From contig CAVRUV010000006.1 in NCBI GenBank assembly GCA_963724455.1, positions 1 to 61,157 of the forward strand: 61,157 nucleotides of DNA, given 5' to 3'. A program made the position numbers and the translations under genes. The stretch is from an uncultured Candidatus Woesearchaeota archaeon (GTDB lineage Archaea; Nanobdellota; Nanobdellia; Woesearchaeales; UBA525). Below the pieces are notes generated by a model, which saw nothing but the letters and a program-made list of their open reading frames with translations, did no database searches and had not been told where the DNA came from. Of this stretch, positions 38,081 through 49,843 are shown piece by piece (within the stretch, counting starts at the first letter, position 1; every line of letters starts with the position of its first letter).

Positions 38081-41000
38081 ATGAAAAAAGACAGCACTAA
38101 TCATAACATTATTTTTATTCTGATATTAGCTATTGCTTTTGTTTCATCCATATATCTTGTTTATGCTGCGCCAAATCCTAGTATTAGTTCTTTAGTTATG
38201 AATAGCACATCTGGACTAAATACAACGCTTGAAAATCTTACAGCATACGCAACTCTTGTGAATACGACTAACGTTATTTATGATTGGAGATTAAATGGAA
38301 CCTCTATTGCAGTTTTTAATGCGAATTTTGACGTGAATGATAGTGCAGGAGCTAATAAAACAAAAGATTACTCTTTATTACAAAACAACGGTACAATAAC
38401 TAAAGGTTTTGGAAATAATTTTCCTAATTGGGATGCGACAGGAGGAATAAATGGTACTGGTGCATTTGTATTCATGGGACTAGATGGATCAATTAGAATC
38501 AACAATAACACCGGATCGAATGTCTCTACTATAAGTGTATTATTTTGGATAAAACCTTCTACTAATGCAACAGGGTCTATTGAAGTAATAATAATTAAAG
38601 GAACTCAGTATAAAATATACTTAAACGCTAGCGATAGAAAACTTTCTTGGAGTGCAAGTGGAATATCAAATATATCTTCTTGGTCTCCTCCCTCGAACGT
38701 ATGGTCACATGTTGCAGTAACAAATAATGGAAGTAATCTTACTTTTTATGTTAATGGAGTAGTTAATAGTTCATTCTTATCGTCAATAGGATCACCTGGC
38801 ATTAATTCACCAGTCATTGGTGCAGACGCCGCAGATGGAACGGGCTTTAACGGCACATTAGATGAATTTAGAATATATAATCACATACTTTCTGCTCAAG
38901 AAATAAACACAATATACAATAATCGTTCAGATATTATAGTCAGTCAAGAATTGCAAATAGGAGATAACTGGACAGTGTGCGTTACGCCTAACAACGTAAC
39001 TACTGACGGAGTTACAAATTGTACAACGGGATTGCTTATAGTTAATCCTTATACCTCTTGTCCAAGCACAAATGGTAATTGGACAGTATCGCAAAATTAT
39101 ATTCTCAATAAATCTATAACTTGTGATAATGTAACAATAACAAATGGCAGTACATTCACTTTTGGAAATGGAACATATAGTTCTATTATAACAAATAATT
39201 TTTATTTAATTAATGCAACAATAACTGAAAATGGAAATAATGCAAGCATTGTGAATATCACTGCAAACATAATTACAATTGATAATTTATCAAGAATAGA
39301 TGTTAGAGCTAAAGGTTATATCGGTGGTGGTGTAATAGGGGGTAATGGGGAAGGTCCAGGTGGTGGCTGGTATGATTCATACTATGCTTGTGGCGGTGGC
39401 GCAGTACACGGTGGTATGGGGGGAGATAGTTGTCCTGCGGGTGGAGATCAATCTAATAGTGCTTCATATGATGACATAATTATTCCAACAATGTTTGGTA
39501 GCGGTGGTGCTGGTTGGTGGACAGGTCCTGGAGGAAAAGGTGGGGGAGTAGTTTTGTTGAATGCAATTTCAACCGTTATCATTAATGGATCAATTCTTGC
39601 TGATGGTGAAAATGGTACTGGTGGTGGAGTATATGATGGGGGAGGAGGTAGTGGAGGATCTATTCTTATTTATACTGCTACCTTATCTGGTAATGGTATT
39701 ATTTCTAATATAGGTGGTGTTGGCTCTAGAGGTAGTGGAGGTGGAGGTGGAGGAGGTAGAGTAAGTTTTAATTTTAAGAATAATACGTTCTCAGGAATTG
39801 TAAATATTAGTGGAAGTACAGGAAAACAAGCAGGAGGCATAGGAACTTTATTCCAATGTCAATCATTCGGCAATATGTCTTGTCCTGGAAATATAGGAAA
39901 CATATCACTTAATACAACATATGGAATAACCTTAAGCCAAAATATAACAAGAAATCTAACAACAGATTGGAACTATACAAACGCAATTTGGAATGAGACC
40001 GCAACAACTCCTGCAGCCGTGACATATTACATTTATAATCTAACAAATACAAACTATGATATAACATTAAATAATATTAACGTAGGAACATATAATGCAT
40101 CTAACAATATTTTAGGTCCATTTTATTTATCAATTAGTACATCGCAAATACAAATAAGTAATACCTCGTCATCAACTTGCAATAGAGTTTTCTTATTTAA
40201 CTATACTCTAAATACTACACTTAACTGTGAATATATTACAATCATGGGAGGTAGCGTATTTACCTTCAGCAATGGTACAAATAGTTCTATTAATGCAACA
40301 AGCGTCATAATAACAAATGCAACAGTGACTGCTAATAGTTTATCTATAGTAAATATTACTGCAATAAATTTGACAATTGATGCATTATCAATAATTAATG
40401 TTTCTGGCGATGGTTATGTAGGAGGTGTTGTTGGTGCAAGTGGTGCTGGTCCTGGTGGAGGAATAGATGCAACGTCTGGTTGCGGCGGAACTTACGGCGG
40501 TGTAGGAGGTGGTTGTGCATTTAGCGGTTATGGAAATGTTACTACAAACGGCAATATCACTAATCCTATTAGTTTTGGCAGTGGAGGAGGAGGTAGTAAC
40601 CAATTCTCAGGTGGATCTGGTGGTGGAATAATCTTGTTAAATGTAACATTGTTCGATCTTGAAGGAATATTATCTGCTAATGGTATTAGTGGGGGAGGAG
40701 GTAGTGGTTATCCTGGAGGAGGAGGTAGTGGTGGAACAATATACATCACAACAAACAACTTATCAGGAAATGGAACAATCAGCACAATCGGAGGCAATGC
40801 GGGTGGTGGGACTCTACAATATGGTGGTGCGGGCAGTGGTGGAAGAATAGCAATATACTACACGAACAATAATTTATCAGGCAACATACTAAACACCGGC
40901 GGTAATTATAGTACTGGCGGCAGTGGTGCTTCAGTTGGCGGAGCAGGAACAACATACTTATTAGATACTACAACGAATGACAGTACATTGATTATAACAA

Positions 41001-44000
41001 ATAACTTGTTAAGTAATATTGCATCAACAAATATATCCAGTACAATTAGTGATGGAAAATTTACAAATCTAAACATTACTAACGCAACAATATACGGTAT
41101 TGTGCTCAACATAACAAAAAAAGTAACATTCAACCCGGGAACAATATATTTTCACAATCAAATAATCGGTACATCAAATGTTACAATTTCGAATAATAGC
41201 ATCTTAAAAGTTAATGGTAATGCATTAAATTTTATTAATATTAGTGCAAATATCATTAATATTCTCGCGGGAGGATCGATTAATGTTTCTGGTAATGGTT
41301 ATGCGGGTGGTGGTGTGGGTGCAAATGGTGCAGGTCCTGGAGGAGGAATATATGCGGGTGCGGGTTGTGGTGGAACTTATGGGGGTGTTGGTGGAAATTG
41401 TTATTCGGCTAGCTATGGAAATGTTACTCCGAATGGCAACATTACTAATCCGATTAATTTTGGAAGTGGAGGAGGAGGAACTACGGGTGTGGGAGGAGGC
41501 AATGGTGGTGGAGTGATTCTATTAAATGCAATAACTATTAACGTCAATGGTTCATTAATTGCCGATGGAACTACTGCACCTAGTGGTGGTTATCCTGGAG
41601 GAGGAGGTAGTGGTGGAACAATATACATCACAACAAACAACTTATCAGGAAATGGAACGATAAGCACAATCGGAGGAAATGAAGGTGTAGGTACTCTACA
41701 ATATGGTGGTGCGGGTGGTGGAGGAAGAATAGCAATATACTATAACAACAATGATTTTTCAAATAATATATTAAACACCGGCGGTAATTTTAGCCGCGGT
41801 GGAAGTATTTCTGTCGGCGGAGCAGGAACAACATACCTATTTGACACAACAACAAACGACAGTACATTAATAATAAATAATGGAATATACAGCAATACTG
41901 CAATAACAAACATATCTAATACAATTAGTGATGGAAAATTCACAAATCTAAACATCACTAACACAACAATATATGGTACTGCGCTCAACATAACAAAAAC
42001 AGTAACATTCAACCCTGGAACAATATACCTAAACACTCCAATAATTGGAAATTCAAATGTTACAATAACAAACAATTCTATTTTAACAGTTACTGGCAAT
42101 GCTCTGAACTTAATCAATATTACTGCAAACACAATAAACATTGTCTCTGGCAGCGCAATAAACGTCACGGGAAAGGGTTATGCGGGAGGATCAAATACTG
42201 GAAATGGTGCAGGTCCTGGATATGGTATTGGTTCTAGTCTTGGTAGTTGTGGAGCATCATATGCGGGAATGGGCGGAAAAGGATACGGGGTCTGCACCAT
42301 TAATACAATCACTTATGGGGATATAATAAATCCTATGATGTTTGGAAGTGGAGGGGGATCTTCGCAAAGTGGGGGAACGGGTGGTGCGGGTGGTGGAGTA
42401 ATATTACTAACTGCAATTAATTTAGCACTAAATGGTACAATAATCTCTAGAGGAGAGAATGGTGCAAATGGAGGATCATATATTGGTAGTGGAGGTAGTG
42501 GTGGCAGTATCTATATTTCAGCAACTACAATAAACGGAATAGGTAGTTTTGATGTTAGAGGAGGAGATACAGTATCTAGTACTTGGCCCGGTGGCCCTGG
42601 TGGTGGAGGAAGAATAAGTATAATGTCCACTAATGCTGTAACAAATAATATTAGTGTTGGTAGTGGAAACGCTGCGAGTGGTTATCTTAATGGAACTTCA
42701 GGATCTGTTTTCTTATGCACCTCTTCAAGCAATGCTGTGTGTCCTGGTAATGTTGCAGGCATAGCACTTACTACAAATTTTTCTGTCAATACAACAATAA
42801 ATATTACGCGTAACATAACAACAACTTGGAATCAAACACAGATGATCTGGACTGATAATTCAACAAATAACTCTAACATTGGAACATATGCAATACAAAT
42901 GCTCATATATCCTAACTACAAACTTCTTTTTAATAACGTATTTAATAATAGCCTTTATACACCAAGCGGAATATTAGATAACTTTAGTAAAAATACTACG
43001 GGAATTATTATATCAGTTCTTGCGCCAAACGATACAGCCCCGATAGGGTTTAACATAACTATGAATGGCACGCTTAATAATCCTACTTCGTTGTACGCTG
43101 GCGAGAATTTCACTTGTTACGTTAACACATCCGATGTTGATGATTTTAATTCAAATGTGTATTTGACAATTTACAATGGCACGACGGCATATGCTCAAGC
43201 TACAAGCATCATCCCCGCAAATAACATATTTTATCCAGTGGGCTCTGTAGGTGAGGGCACAACTAATGCGGCAGAAAATTGGACTTGCCAAATAGTTGTT
43301 GGAGATGCATATTTTAACTTAACAGCACGTAATATCTCCAGAGTAACTGCCAGCAATTCAATACCAATAACCTATGACAACATCGTACCTGCAAGTGCAT
43401 TCACAAATGATACTTTGCTTGGTTGGTGCAATGGAACTGATGGCAATAATGATAAGCTTAGTTATTACTGGCAATGGTTCCGCAATGGAACTTCGTATAG
43501 TTCTGGCTTCGATAATAATGGTGGAAGCAATTATACTCAGGGAATAAATAGAAATTTAGCAAATGTTGATCAAAGCATAACTGCAAAAAATGAGAATTGG
43601 ACATTTAGCTGTTTAGCTTATGATGGACAAATAAATAGTACGTGGAAAAACACAAGCGTTCTAATTCAGAATTGGGTAACAAATATTCTTTTATTGCCGT
43701 TTAATAGCAGTCGAGGATTTAATACAACATTAGAAAATCTTGCCGTCTATCCGCAAATGAGTTCTGAAATAGATAATGATGCACTTCGTTATGCATATGA
43801 TTGGCGAGTGAATGGAACCAGTCTTGCAATTATTAACATGAATTTTGATATTAATAATAGTGCTGGACAAAGTATGACTAGAGATTATAGTATGTATGCA
43901 AATAATGGAACTATGGTTGGAAATGTTACTTGGAATGGTACTGCTGGATACAATGGCAGTGGTGCATATACCTTTGATGGTAGAGGAGGTATGTTGAATT

Positions 44001-47000
44001 TTTCTACTGTACCTACGCGTTCACTTAATAATTGGACTCTTGTAGCGTGGATAAAACCTGCCAACATTAATCAATATGGTGCTATAGTATACAACGGCTA
44101 TACTAATCCTGGTGTTGGTAATGGATATGCTGTTACTATAGGCAATTGTGGGGGTGCTGCAGGATCAAAACTTTGTGGACTTTTTGGAAGTGTTGTCTGG
44201 ATCGATTCGGGATATACTTTTTCAAGCCCTAATATTTGGTATCATGTAGTCATGACTCGTGATTCAACAAATACAAAATTTTATGTGAATGGTGTATTAA
44301 CAACAACACAAACAGCAGCTACACCCCTCACTCCAACAAGTTTTACCATAGGTGCAGCAAATAACGGAACAAATTATCCATATATGTCGTTTAATGGTTC
44401 GATTGATGAAGTAAGAGTTTATAATCGTTCATTAACTTCTGAACAAGTTCGTGAACTCTACAACAATAACACTAATAAAATAAATTGGCGTGAAATCAAT
44501 ACTGGAGAGAACTGGAGTGTGTGTGTTTATCCAAATGATGGACAAAATGAAAGCATAAGTAACTGCACTGGAAATATAACTATTCTACCAAGTAATTCAC
44601 CTATAATTACTGTGGCTATTAATTCATCTCGAGGACTCAATACCTCTGGAGAAAATATTAATTCATACAGCAATACTTCAGATGTAGAAAATGATACGGT
44701 TTTTACTAATTATGATTGGCGATTAAATGGAACGAGCATTGCTGTCTTAAATATGTATTTTGATTTAAAAAATAACTCTGGACTTGATAAGACAAGAGAT
44801 TATAGTACATATAACAATATTTGTAATCTTACTACAAATAGCCCGTTGTGGGATTCTGCCGGCGGAGTCAATAGCAGCGGTACATATTATTTCAATGGGT
44901 TAAATCAATATATTGACATTGCAAATAGCGCCGCATTCGATACGCAAAACCTTACTATTTCTGTATTCATAAATCCTCAAAGCATTACAACTCAAAATGG
45001 ACATATTTTTGAAAAAGGAAGTGTAAATACACAATACTCACTCTTCTTTTCAGGATCAATATTATATTTTAGAACGGTTAATAGTGTTGGAACGATGGAT
45101 GATTTAAGTGTTACAACAACAACTGCTGGAATAACTAATAATAATTGGTCACATATTGCAGCAGTCTATGATGGTAGTGCAAAATATATCTATGTAAATG
45201 GCATTCTTGTTGGTGAAAAAAATTATAATATGACATTAAAGACTGGACAAACAAATGAACGTATAGGTGCGTATGGTGGTGGAGCGCCATCATATTATTT
45301 CAATGGATATATAGATAATCTGCAAGTCTATAATCGCGCACTTTCTTGGCAAGAAATACAACTGCTTGATAATGTAAATTACAGCAGCATTCATGCTGAA
45401 GAATTACGTGTAGGTAATTGGAGCGTTTGTGCAACACCAAACGATCAAGGAAGTGACGGAGCAACAGTTTGCACAAATAATATTACTATAACACAAAGCC
45501 AGACACCGACAGCGACAATTGTTCTTAATTCCACCTTCAATACAAATACAACTGCAGAGAACCTTACTGCATACATAACATATACTGATGTAGAAAACGA
45601 TTCAACATATGCCTGTTATGGTTATGATTGGAGAATTAATGGAACGAGTCTAGCAGTTCTAAATATGAACTTTGATACAGATAATTCTGCCGGACCTAGA
45701 AAAGTAAGAGATTATAGTACGAATGGAAATAACGGAACAATGACTGATCTTTTATGGCGACCAGATATTGGTTTGAATGGAACTGGGGCATATAGATTTG
45801 GCGGCAGTGCTGTTTCTACTTCAAATTATATTACCGTTCCAAACTCACCTTCGCTTAACTTTACAAATAAATTATCCATCTCGGTATGGATGAATGCTTC
45901 AGCATCTTCGAGTAATGGTCTACTGATGAAAGGCGCATTAAGCAACTCACAGGGCGTTTATAGTTTAATATATGATACAAATATTTTATATTTCAGACTT
46001 AATGGAGTAACAACAGAAGGCATTGGACAAGTTACAACACCCTCAATACCACAATTAGTTGGCAATTGGACGCATATTGTAGCTACATATGATGGTGTGT
46101 GGCAAAAAATTTATGTAAATGGTGTACTTACTGCATCACAACCATATTCAACTAATATAACAGTAGATAACAATGCTCTTATTATCGGAGGATATTATAA
46201 TGCAGCAACATATCTTTTCAAAGGAACACTTGATAATCTAATGCTCTTCAATCGTTCATTATCTCAGCAAGAAATTACTGCAATTTACAATAACCAATCG
46301 AATATTATTGTCAGTAATGAATTACACGGCGGTGATAATTGGTCTGCTTGCATAACGCCGTGTGATGGTTCAAGCGAAGGAGAACAAGCCTGTTCAAATG
46401 GAGTTAGTATTATTTTCAATAATGCACCTGTTGCAACGCTTGTAATGAATTCTAGCAGAGGATATAATTCTACAACAGAAAATCTTACTGCATATGCAAC
46501 CGTTACTGATTCTGAAAATAACCCAACCAACACAATTTATGACTGGAGAATAAATGGGACAAGCCTTGCTGTAGTAAATATGAATTTTGATTTAGATAAT
46601 AGTGCGGGAGTAGGAAAAACAAAAGATTACAGCTCTTACGCGAATAATGGAAGTGTAACCGCACTATTCAACTCAAATGGCGGATGGAATGGTAGTGGTG
46701 CATACCAATTCAATGCTGTAAATACGCAAATAGATTTAGGCACTGGAATAAACCCATTAGGTAATGGGCAGGCAACACTTAGTGCGTGGATAAATTGCAC
46801 AAATCCATCTAGCAGTGGTCTTATAATATTCAAGGGTAATGATGCCACAACAAATTCATACGGGATATATATTTCTGGAACTTCTGCATATATAGAAACG
46901 TATCAAGCCGGTTTATATTATACATATTCCCCGGCGGGAAGTATAGCTGCAAATACTTGGTATCAGATAACTGGCGTATACAACAATGGTACAATGTATT

Positions 47001-49678
47001 TATACATTAATGGTGTGTTGATTAAGAGTGCTACTTATCCAAATACATTGGCCAATACTACAAACTCATTATGGATTGGTGCACAAAATAGAGGAGATCC
47101 ATACAAATACAGATTTAACGGAACCATAGATAATGTACTTATCTTAAATCGTGCATTATCTCCTGAGCAAGTTAGAAACCTTTACAATAATAATACACGA
47201 AGCATATTCTGGCGAGAAGTACAACCAAACGATAATTGGAGCGCTTGCGTAATACCAAATGATGGAACTTCAGATGGTGCAATGGTATGTTCAAATAATA
47301 TTACGATTGTAGCAAGTCAAGCTCCTACAACAACTCTAAATTTATACTCAACAGGTCGCGGAAATACTACTAATGAAAATATCATAGCGAACGCAACATT
47401 TGCAGATAATGAAAATGATCCTGTTGATGCTGCTTATGATTGGCGATTAAATGGAACTGGCTTTGCGGTTCTTAATATGAACTTTGATGTCCAAAATAGC
47501 GCAGGCACCAATAAAACGAGGGATTATAGTACCTCTCAAAATAATGGCACTATATATGGCACCGCGCTTTGGTATTCTGATTCTGGAGTAAATAATACTG
47601 GCGCGTATAGATTTGACGGAACTAGTACATATATTGCATCGGCGCCAAATACAATATTACAACCAGCAACAAATGTAAGTTTATCTGCTTGGATCTATCC
47701 TAAATCAACAAAAGTTCAATCGATTGCTCAATATGGAAAAGCTACAGGAGAAAGTTATGGTATTGCTGTTGATTTGTTTGCGGATACAACAAACAAAGTT
47801 CAATTTGCATTTTATAATGGTGCATGGAGAAGAGTTGATAGTGATGCAATCACATTGAATACGTGGACGCATGTTGTCGGAACATATGATGGCACTACAT
47901 TAAAGATTTATATTAATGGAGTTCTAAAAAATACAACGTCATATACAGGTACACTTGATTATACCACTCCTAACGGACTTAATATTGGAAGCTATTATGT
48001 TGCGGGAATGACTAATTATTTCAATGGAACTATTGACAACGTCATGGTCTTTAATAGAACATTAACACCTCAACAAATATTAGCAATTTATCAGAATACA
48101 CAAATGAATACAATTACATCTTCTGAATTGGTTGGAGGACAAAACTGGACATCTTGCGTAACGCCTAATGATGGTTATAGCGATGGAGCAACAACTTGCG
48201 CATCAATACTTACTATTTCGGGAACTAATATTTCTTCAGTAAACATAACATCACCAGCATATACTGATAGTAATTTAATTGGTTGGTGTAATGCAACATC
48301 AACCGCATCATCAAATGTTAGTTATTACTATCAATGGTATGAAAATGGAACTCTTTTCTCATCCGGATATAGCAACAATGGTGGGTTAAATTTTACGCAA
48401 GGAATTCTTGTAAACATGAATAATATGACTAATATTTCTAATACAACAAAAGGAGATAACTGGACCTTGTCTTGTACAGCATATGACGGATATGCTAATA
48501 GTTCGTGGGTGAATGCGAGTGTAATCATTAATAATACCCCCCCGATAATAAACAGTATTGTGCTTAACAGTACCAATGGTACAAATACTGCAATTGAAAA
48601 CCTAACAGCATATGTTATCAACAGTGATGCTGATAGTGATATAACAAGAACTTGTTATGATTGGCAACTCAATGGAACATCTATTGCAGTTCTTAATATG
48701 AACTTCGACGTGAATAATAGCAATGGCACTGGAAGAACAAGAGATTATAGTACATATGGAAACAATGGAACAGTTGTCAGCGCAACATGGAATGCGACTG
48801 GTGGATACAATGGAAGTGGTGCATATAATTTTAGTGGATCAAGATATATAGAAATGAATGCGAGCAGTAGCTTGAATTCTTGGGGTTCGAAAATAACTGT
48901 GTCTGCTTGGGTATACCAGACGTCGGCTGCAGCATCGCAAGTTATTGCTGCGCAAAGAGAAGGCTGTGCCGCGACAGGAAATTGGCAATTTTATTCCATA
49001 ACAGGAACTGGAATGTACTTTAACTTCTGGAATACGAGCAGTACAAGTCAAGCATGCCAATCAAGCGTAACAATACCACTAAACCAATGGATACATGTTG
49101 CTGCAACATATAATGGAAGCCTAATAGTATTATATCAGAATGGAACGGCGGTCTACAATTGTAGTGCGGTTGGACCAATAAAAACAACAGCACTAAAAAC
49201 ACGCATTGGAGATGAGTCCTGTAACAATTGGTTTAAAGGATATATGGATAATGTCCAAATTTACAATCGTTCTCTTTCTCCTCAACAAATCTCTGCACTA
49301 TACAATAACAGAACAGATTTAATAGTCAGCCAAGAATTGACTGTTGGAAATAACTGGAGTGTGTGTGCAACACCTAATGATGGATATAGCGACGGGAATA
49401 CTACTTGCAGCAATAATCTAATTGTTGTAAGCCCTGATTCTTGTACGCCGCCTGGTTCTGGAAATTGGAATATTAATGCAAAAGATAATTGTACAAAAAC
49501 AAATCAAAACATTGTGCTAAGTAGTGGTAAATTGATTATTTCAGGAGCACAAGGTGCTGGATCGCTAGCACTGCATAATACAAATATTACTGCAAATGAT
49601 TTCCAAGTAATTGGCGCTGGAAGCATTACGCAAATCATTCTTGACCAAAATAGTAAATTAATTAGGCCTGTAAGTTGA
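38081..49678 (+). CDS. Giant (3865 aa) secreted protein with 7 LamG/ConA-like modules and 4 Gly-rich repeats
   Basis: Signal peptide; repeated W.H[VI]...Y.NG and F.G.[IL]D...[YF]NR.L motifs; GY.GG..G.GPG..FGSGG repeats; dense NxS/T sequons. Confidence 0.9.
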   Translation: MKKDSTNHNIIFILILAIAFVSSIYLVYAAPNPSISSLVMNSTSGLNTTLENLTAYATLVNTTNVIYDWRLNGTSIAVFNANFDVNDSAGANKTKDYSLLQNNGTITKGFGNNFPNWDATGGINGTGAFVFMGLDGSIRINNNTGSNVSTISVLFWIKPSTNATGSIEVIIIKGTQYKIYLNASDRKLSWSASGISNISSWSPPSNVWSHVAVTNNGSNLTFYVNGVVNSSFLSSIGSPGINSPVIGADAADGTGFNGTLDEFRIYNHILSAQEINTIYNNRSDIIVSQELQIGDNWTVCVTPNNVTTDGVTNCTTGLLIVNPYTSCPSTNGNWTVSQNYILNKSITCDNVTITNGSTFTFGNGTYSSIITNNFYLINATITENGNNASIVNITANIITIDNLSRIDVRAKGYIGGGVIGGNGEGPGGGWYDSYYACGGGAVHGGMGGDSCPAGGDQSNSASYDDIIIPTMFGSGGAGWWTGPGGKGGGVVLLNAISTVIINGSILADGENGTGGGVYDGGGGSGGSILIYTATLSGNGIISNIGGVGSRGSGGGGGGGRVSFNFKNNTFSGIVNISGSTGKQAGGIGTLFQCQSFGNMSCPGNIGNISLNTTYGITLSQNITRNLTTDWNYTNAIWNETATTPAAVTYYIYNLTNTNYDITLNNINVGTYNASNNILGPFYLSISTSQIQISNTSSSTCNRVFLFNYTLNTTLNCEYITIMGGSVFTFSNGTNSSINATSVIITNATVTANSLSIVNITAINLTIDALSIINVSGDGYVGGVVGASGAGPGGGIDATSGCGGTYGGVGGGCAFSGYGNVTTNGNITNPISFGSGGGGSNQFSGGSGGGIILLNVTLFDLEGILSANGISGGGGSGYPGGGGSGGTIYITTNNLSGNGTISTIGGNAGGGTLQYGGAGSGGRIAIYYTNNNLSGNILNTGGNYSTGGSGASVGGAGTTYLLDTTTNDSTLIITNNLLSNIASTNISSTISDGKFTNLNITNATIYGIVLNITKKVTFNPGTIYFHNQIIGTSNVTISNNSILKVNGNALNFINISANIINILAGGSINVSGNGYAGGGVGANGAGPGGGIYAGAGCGGTYGGVGGNCYSASYGNVTPNGNITNPINFGSGGGGTTGVGGGNGGGVILLNAITINVNGSLIADGTTAPSGGYPGGGGSGGTIYITTNNLSGNGTISTIGGNEGVGTLQYGGAGGGGRIAIYYNNNDFSNNILNTGGNFSRGGSISVGGAGTTYLFDTTTNDSTLIINNGIYSNTAITNISNTISDGKFTNLNITNTTIYGTALNITKTVTFNPGTIYLNTPIIGNSNVTITNNSILTVTGNALNLINITANTINIVSGSAINVTGKGYAGGSNTGNGAGPGYGIGSSLGSCGASYAGMGGKGYGVCTINTITYGDIINPMMFGSGGGSSQSGGTGGAGGGVILLTAINLALNGTIISRGENGANGGSYIGSGGSGGSIYISATTINGIGSFDVRGGDTVSSTWPGGPGGGGRISIMSTNAVTNNISVGSGNAASGYLNGTSGSVFLCTSSSNAVCPGNVAGIALTTNFSVNTTINITRNITTTWNQTQMIWTDNSTNNSNIGTYAIQMLIYPNYKLLFNNVFNNSLYTPSGILDNFSKNTTGIIISVLAPNDTAPIGFNITMNGTLNNPTSLYAGENFTCYVNTSDVDDFNSNVYLTIYNGTTAYAQATSIIPANNIFYPVGSVGEGTTNAAENWTCQIVVGDAYFNLTARNISRVTASNSIPITYDNIVPASAFTNDTLLGWCNGTDGNNDKLSYYWQWFRNGTSYSSGFDNNGGSNYTQGINRNLANVDQSITAKNENWTFSCLAYDGQINSTWKNTSVLIQNWVTNILLLPFNSSRGFNTTLENLAVYPQMSSEIDNDALRYAYDWRVNGTSLAIINMNFDINNSAGQSMTRDYSMYANNGTMVGNVTWNGTAGYNGSGAYTFDGRGGMLNFSTVPTRSLNNWTLVAWIKPANINQYGAIVYNGYTNPGVGNGYAVTIGNCGGAAGSKLCGLFGSVVWIDSGYTFSSPNIWYHVVMTRDSTNTKFYVNGVLTTTQTAATPLTPTSFTIGAANNGTNYPYMSFNGSIDEVRVYNRSLTSEQVRELYNNNTNKINWREINTGENWSVCVYPNDGQNESISNCTGNITILPSNSPIITVAINSSRGLNTSGENINSYSNTSDVENDTVFTNYDWRLNGTSIAVLNMYFDLKNNSGLDKTRDYSTYNNICNLTTNSPLWDSAGGVNSSGTYYFNGLNQYIDIANSAAFDTQNLTISVFINPQSITTQNGHIFEKGSVNTQYSLFFSGSILYFRTVNSVGTMDDLSVTTTTAGITNNNWSHIAAVYDGSAKYIYVNGILVGEKNYNMTLKTGQTNERIGAYGGGAPSYYFNGYIDNLQVYNRALSWQEIQLLDNVNYSSIHAEELRVGNWSVCATPNDQGSDGATVCTNNITITQSQTPTATIVLNSTFNTNTTAENLTAYITYTDVENDSTYACYGYDWRINGTSLAVLNMNFDTDNSAGPRKVRDYSTNGNNGTMTDLLWRPDIGLNGTGAYRFGGSAVSTSNYITVPNSPSLNFTNKLSISVWMNASASSSNGLLMKGALSNSQGVYSLIYDTNILYFRLNGVTTEGIGQVTTPSIPQLVGNWTHIVATYDGVWQKIYVNGVLTASQPYSTNITVDNNALIIGGYYNAATYLFKGTLDNLMLFNRSLSQQEITAIYNNQSNIIVSNELHGGDNWSACITPCDGSSEGEQACSNGVSIIFNNAPVATLVMNSSRGYNSTTENLTAYATVTDSENNPTNTIYDWRINGTSLAVVNMNFDLDNSAGVGKTKDYSSYANNGSVTALFNSNGGWNGSGAYQFNAVNTQIDLGTGINPLGNGQATLSAWINCTNPSSSGLIIFKGNDATTNSYGIYISGTSAYIETYQAGLYYTYSPAGSIAANTWYQITGVYNNGTMYLYINGVLIKSATYPNTLANTTNSLWIGAQNRGDPYKYRFNGTIDNVLILNRALSPEQVRNLYNNNTRSIFWREVQPNDNWSACVIPNDGTSDGAMVCSNNITIVASQAPTTTLNLYSTGRGNTTNENIIANATFADNENDPVDAAYDWRLNGTGFAVLNMNFDVQNSAGTNKTRDYSTSQNNGTIYGTALWYSDSGVNNTGAYRFDGTSTYIASAPNTILQPATNVSLSAWIYPKSTKVQSIAQYGKATGESYGIAVDLFADTTNKVQFAFYNGAWRRVDSDAITLNTWTHVVGTYDGTTLKIYINGVLKNTTSYTGTLDYTTPNGLNIGSYYVAGMTNYFNGTIDNVMVFNRTLTPQQILAIYQNTQMNTITSSELVGGQNWTSCVTPNDGYSDGATTCASILTISGTNISSVNITSPAYTDSNLIGWCNATSTASSNVSYYYQWYENGTLFSSGYSNNGGLNFTQGILVNMNNMTNISNTTKGDNWTLSCTAYDGYANSSWVNASVIINNTPPIINSIVLNSTNGTNTAIENLTAYVINSDADSDITRTCYDWQLNGTSIAVLNMNFDVNNSNGTGRTRDYSTYGNNGTVVSATWNATGGYNGSGAYNFSGSRYIEMNASSSLNSWGSKITVSAWVYQTSAAASQVIAAQREGCAATGNWQFYSITGTGMYFNFWNTSSTSQACQSSVTIPLNQWIHVAATYNGSLIVLYQNGTAVYNCSAVGPIKTTALKTRIGDESCNNWFKGYMDNVQIYNRSLSPQQISALYNNRTDLIVSQELTVGNNWSVCATPNDGYSDGNTTCSNNLIVVSPDSCTPPGSGNWNINAKDNCTKTNQNIVLSSGKLIISGAQGAGSLALHNTNITANDFQVIGAGSITQIILDQNSKLIRPVS

Positions 49679-49843
49679 AAATGTGATAATATAATAATTT
49701 TAATTTTATTTAAAAATAGCACTGGACATTTATGCCAGAAATATATAAAGAAATAGATAATTCTCAATTAATGATTAAATTATTAATTTGAAATATGTGT
49801 TCACAAATTGTTATCTTACACAATAATAAGCTAGAGGTCAATA

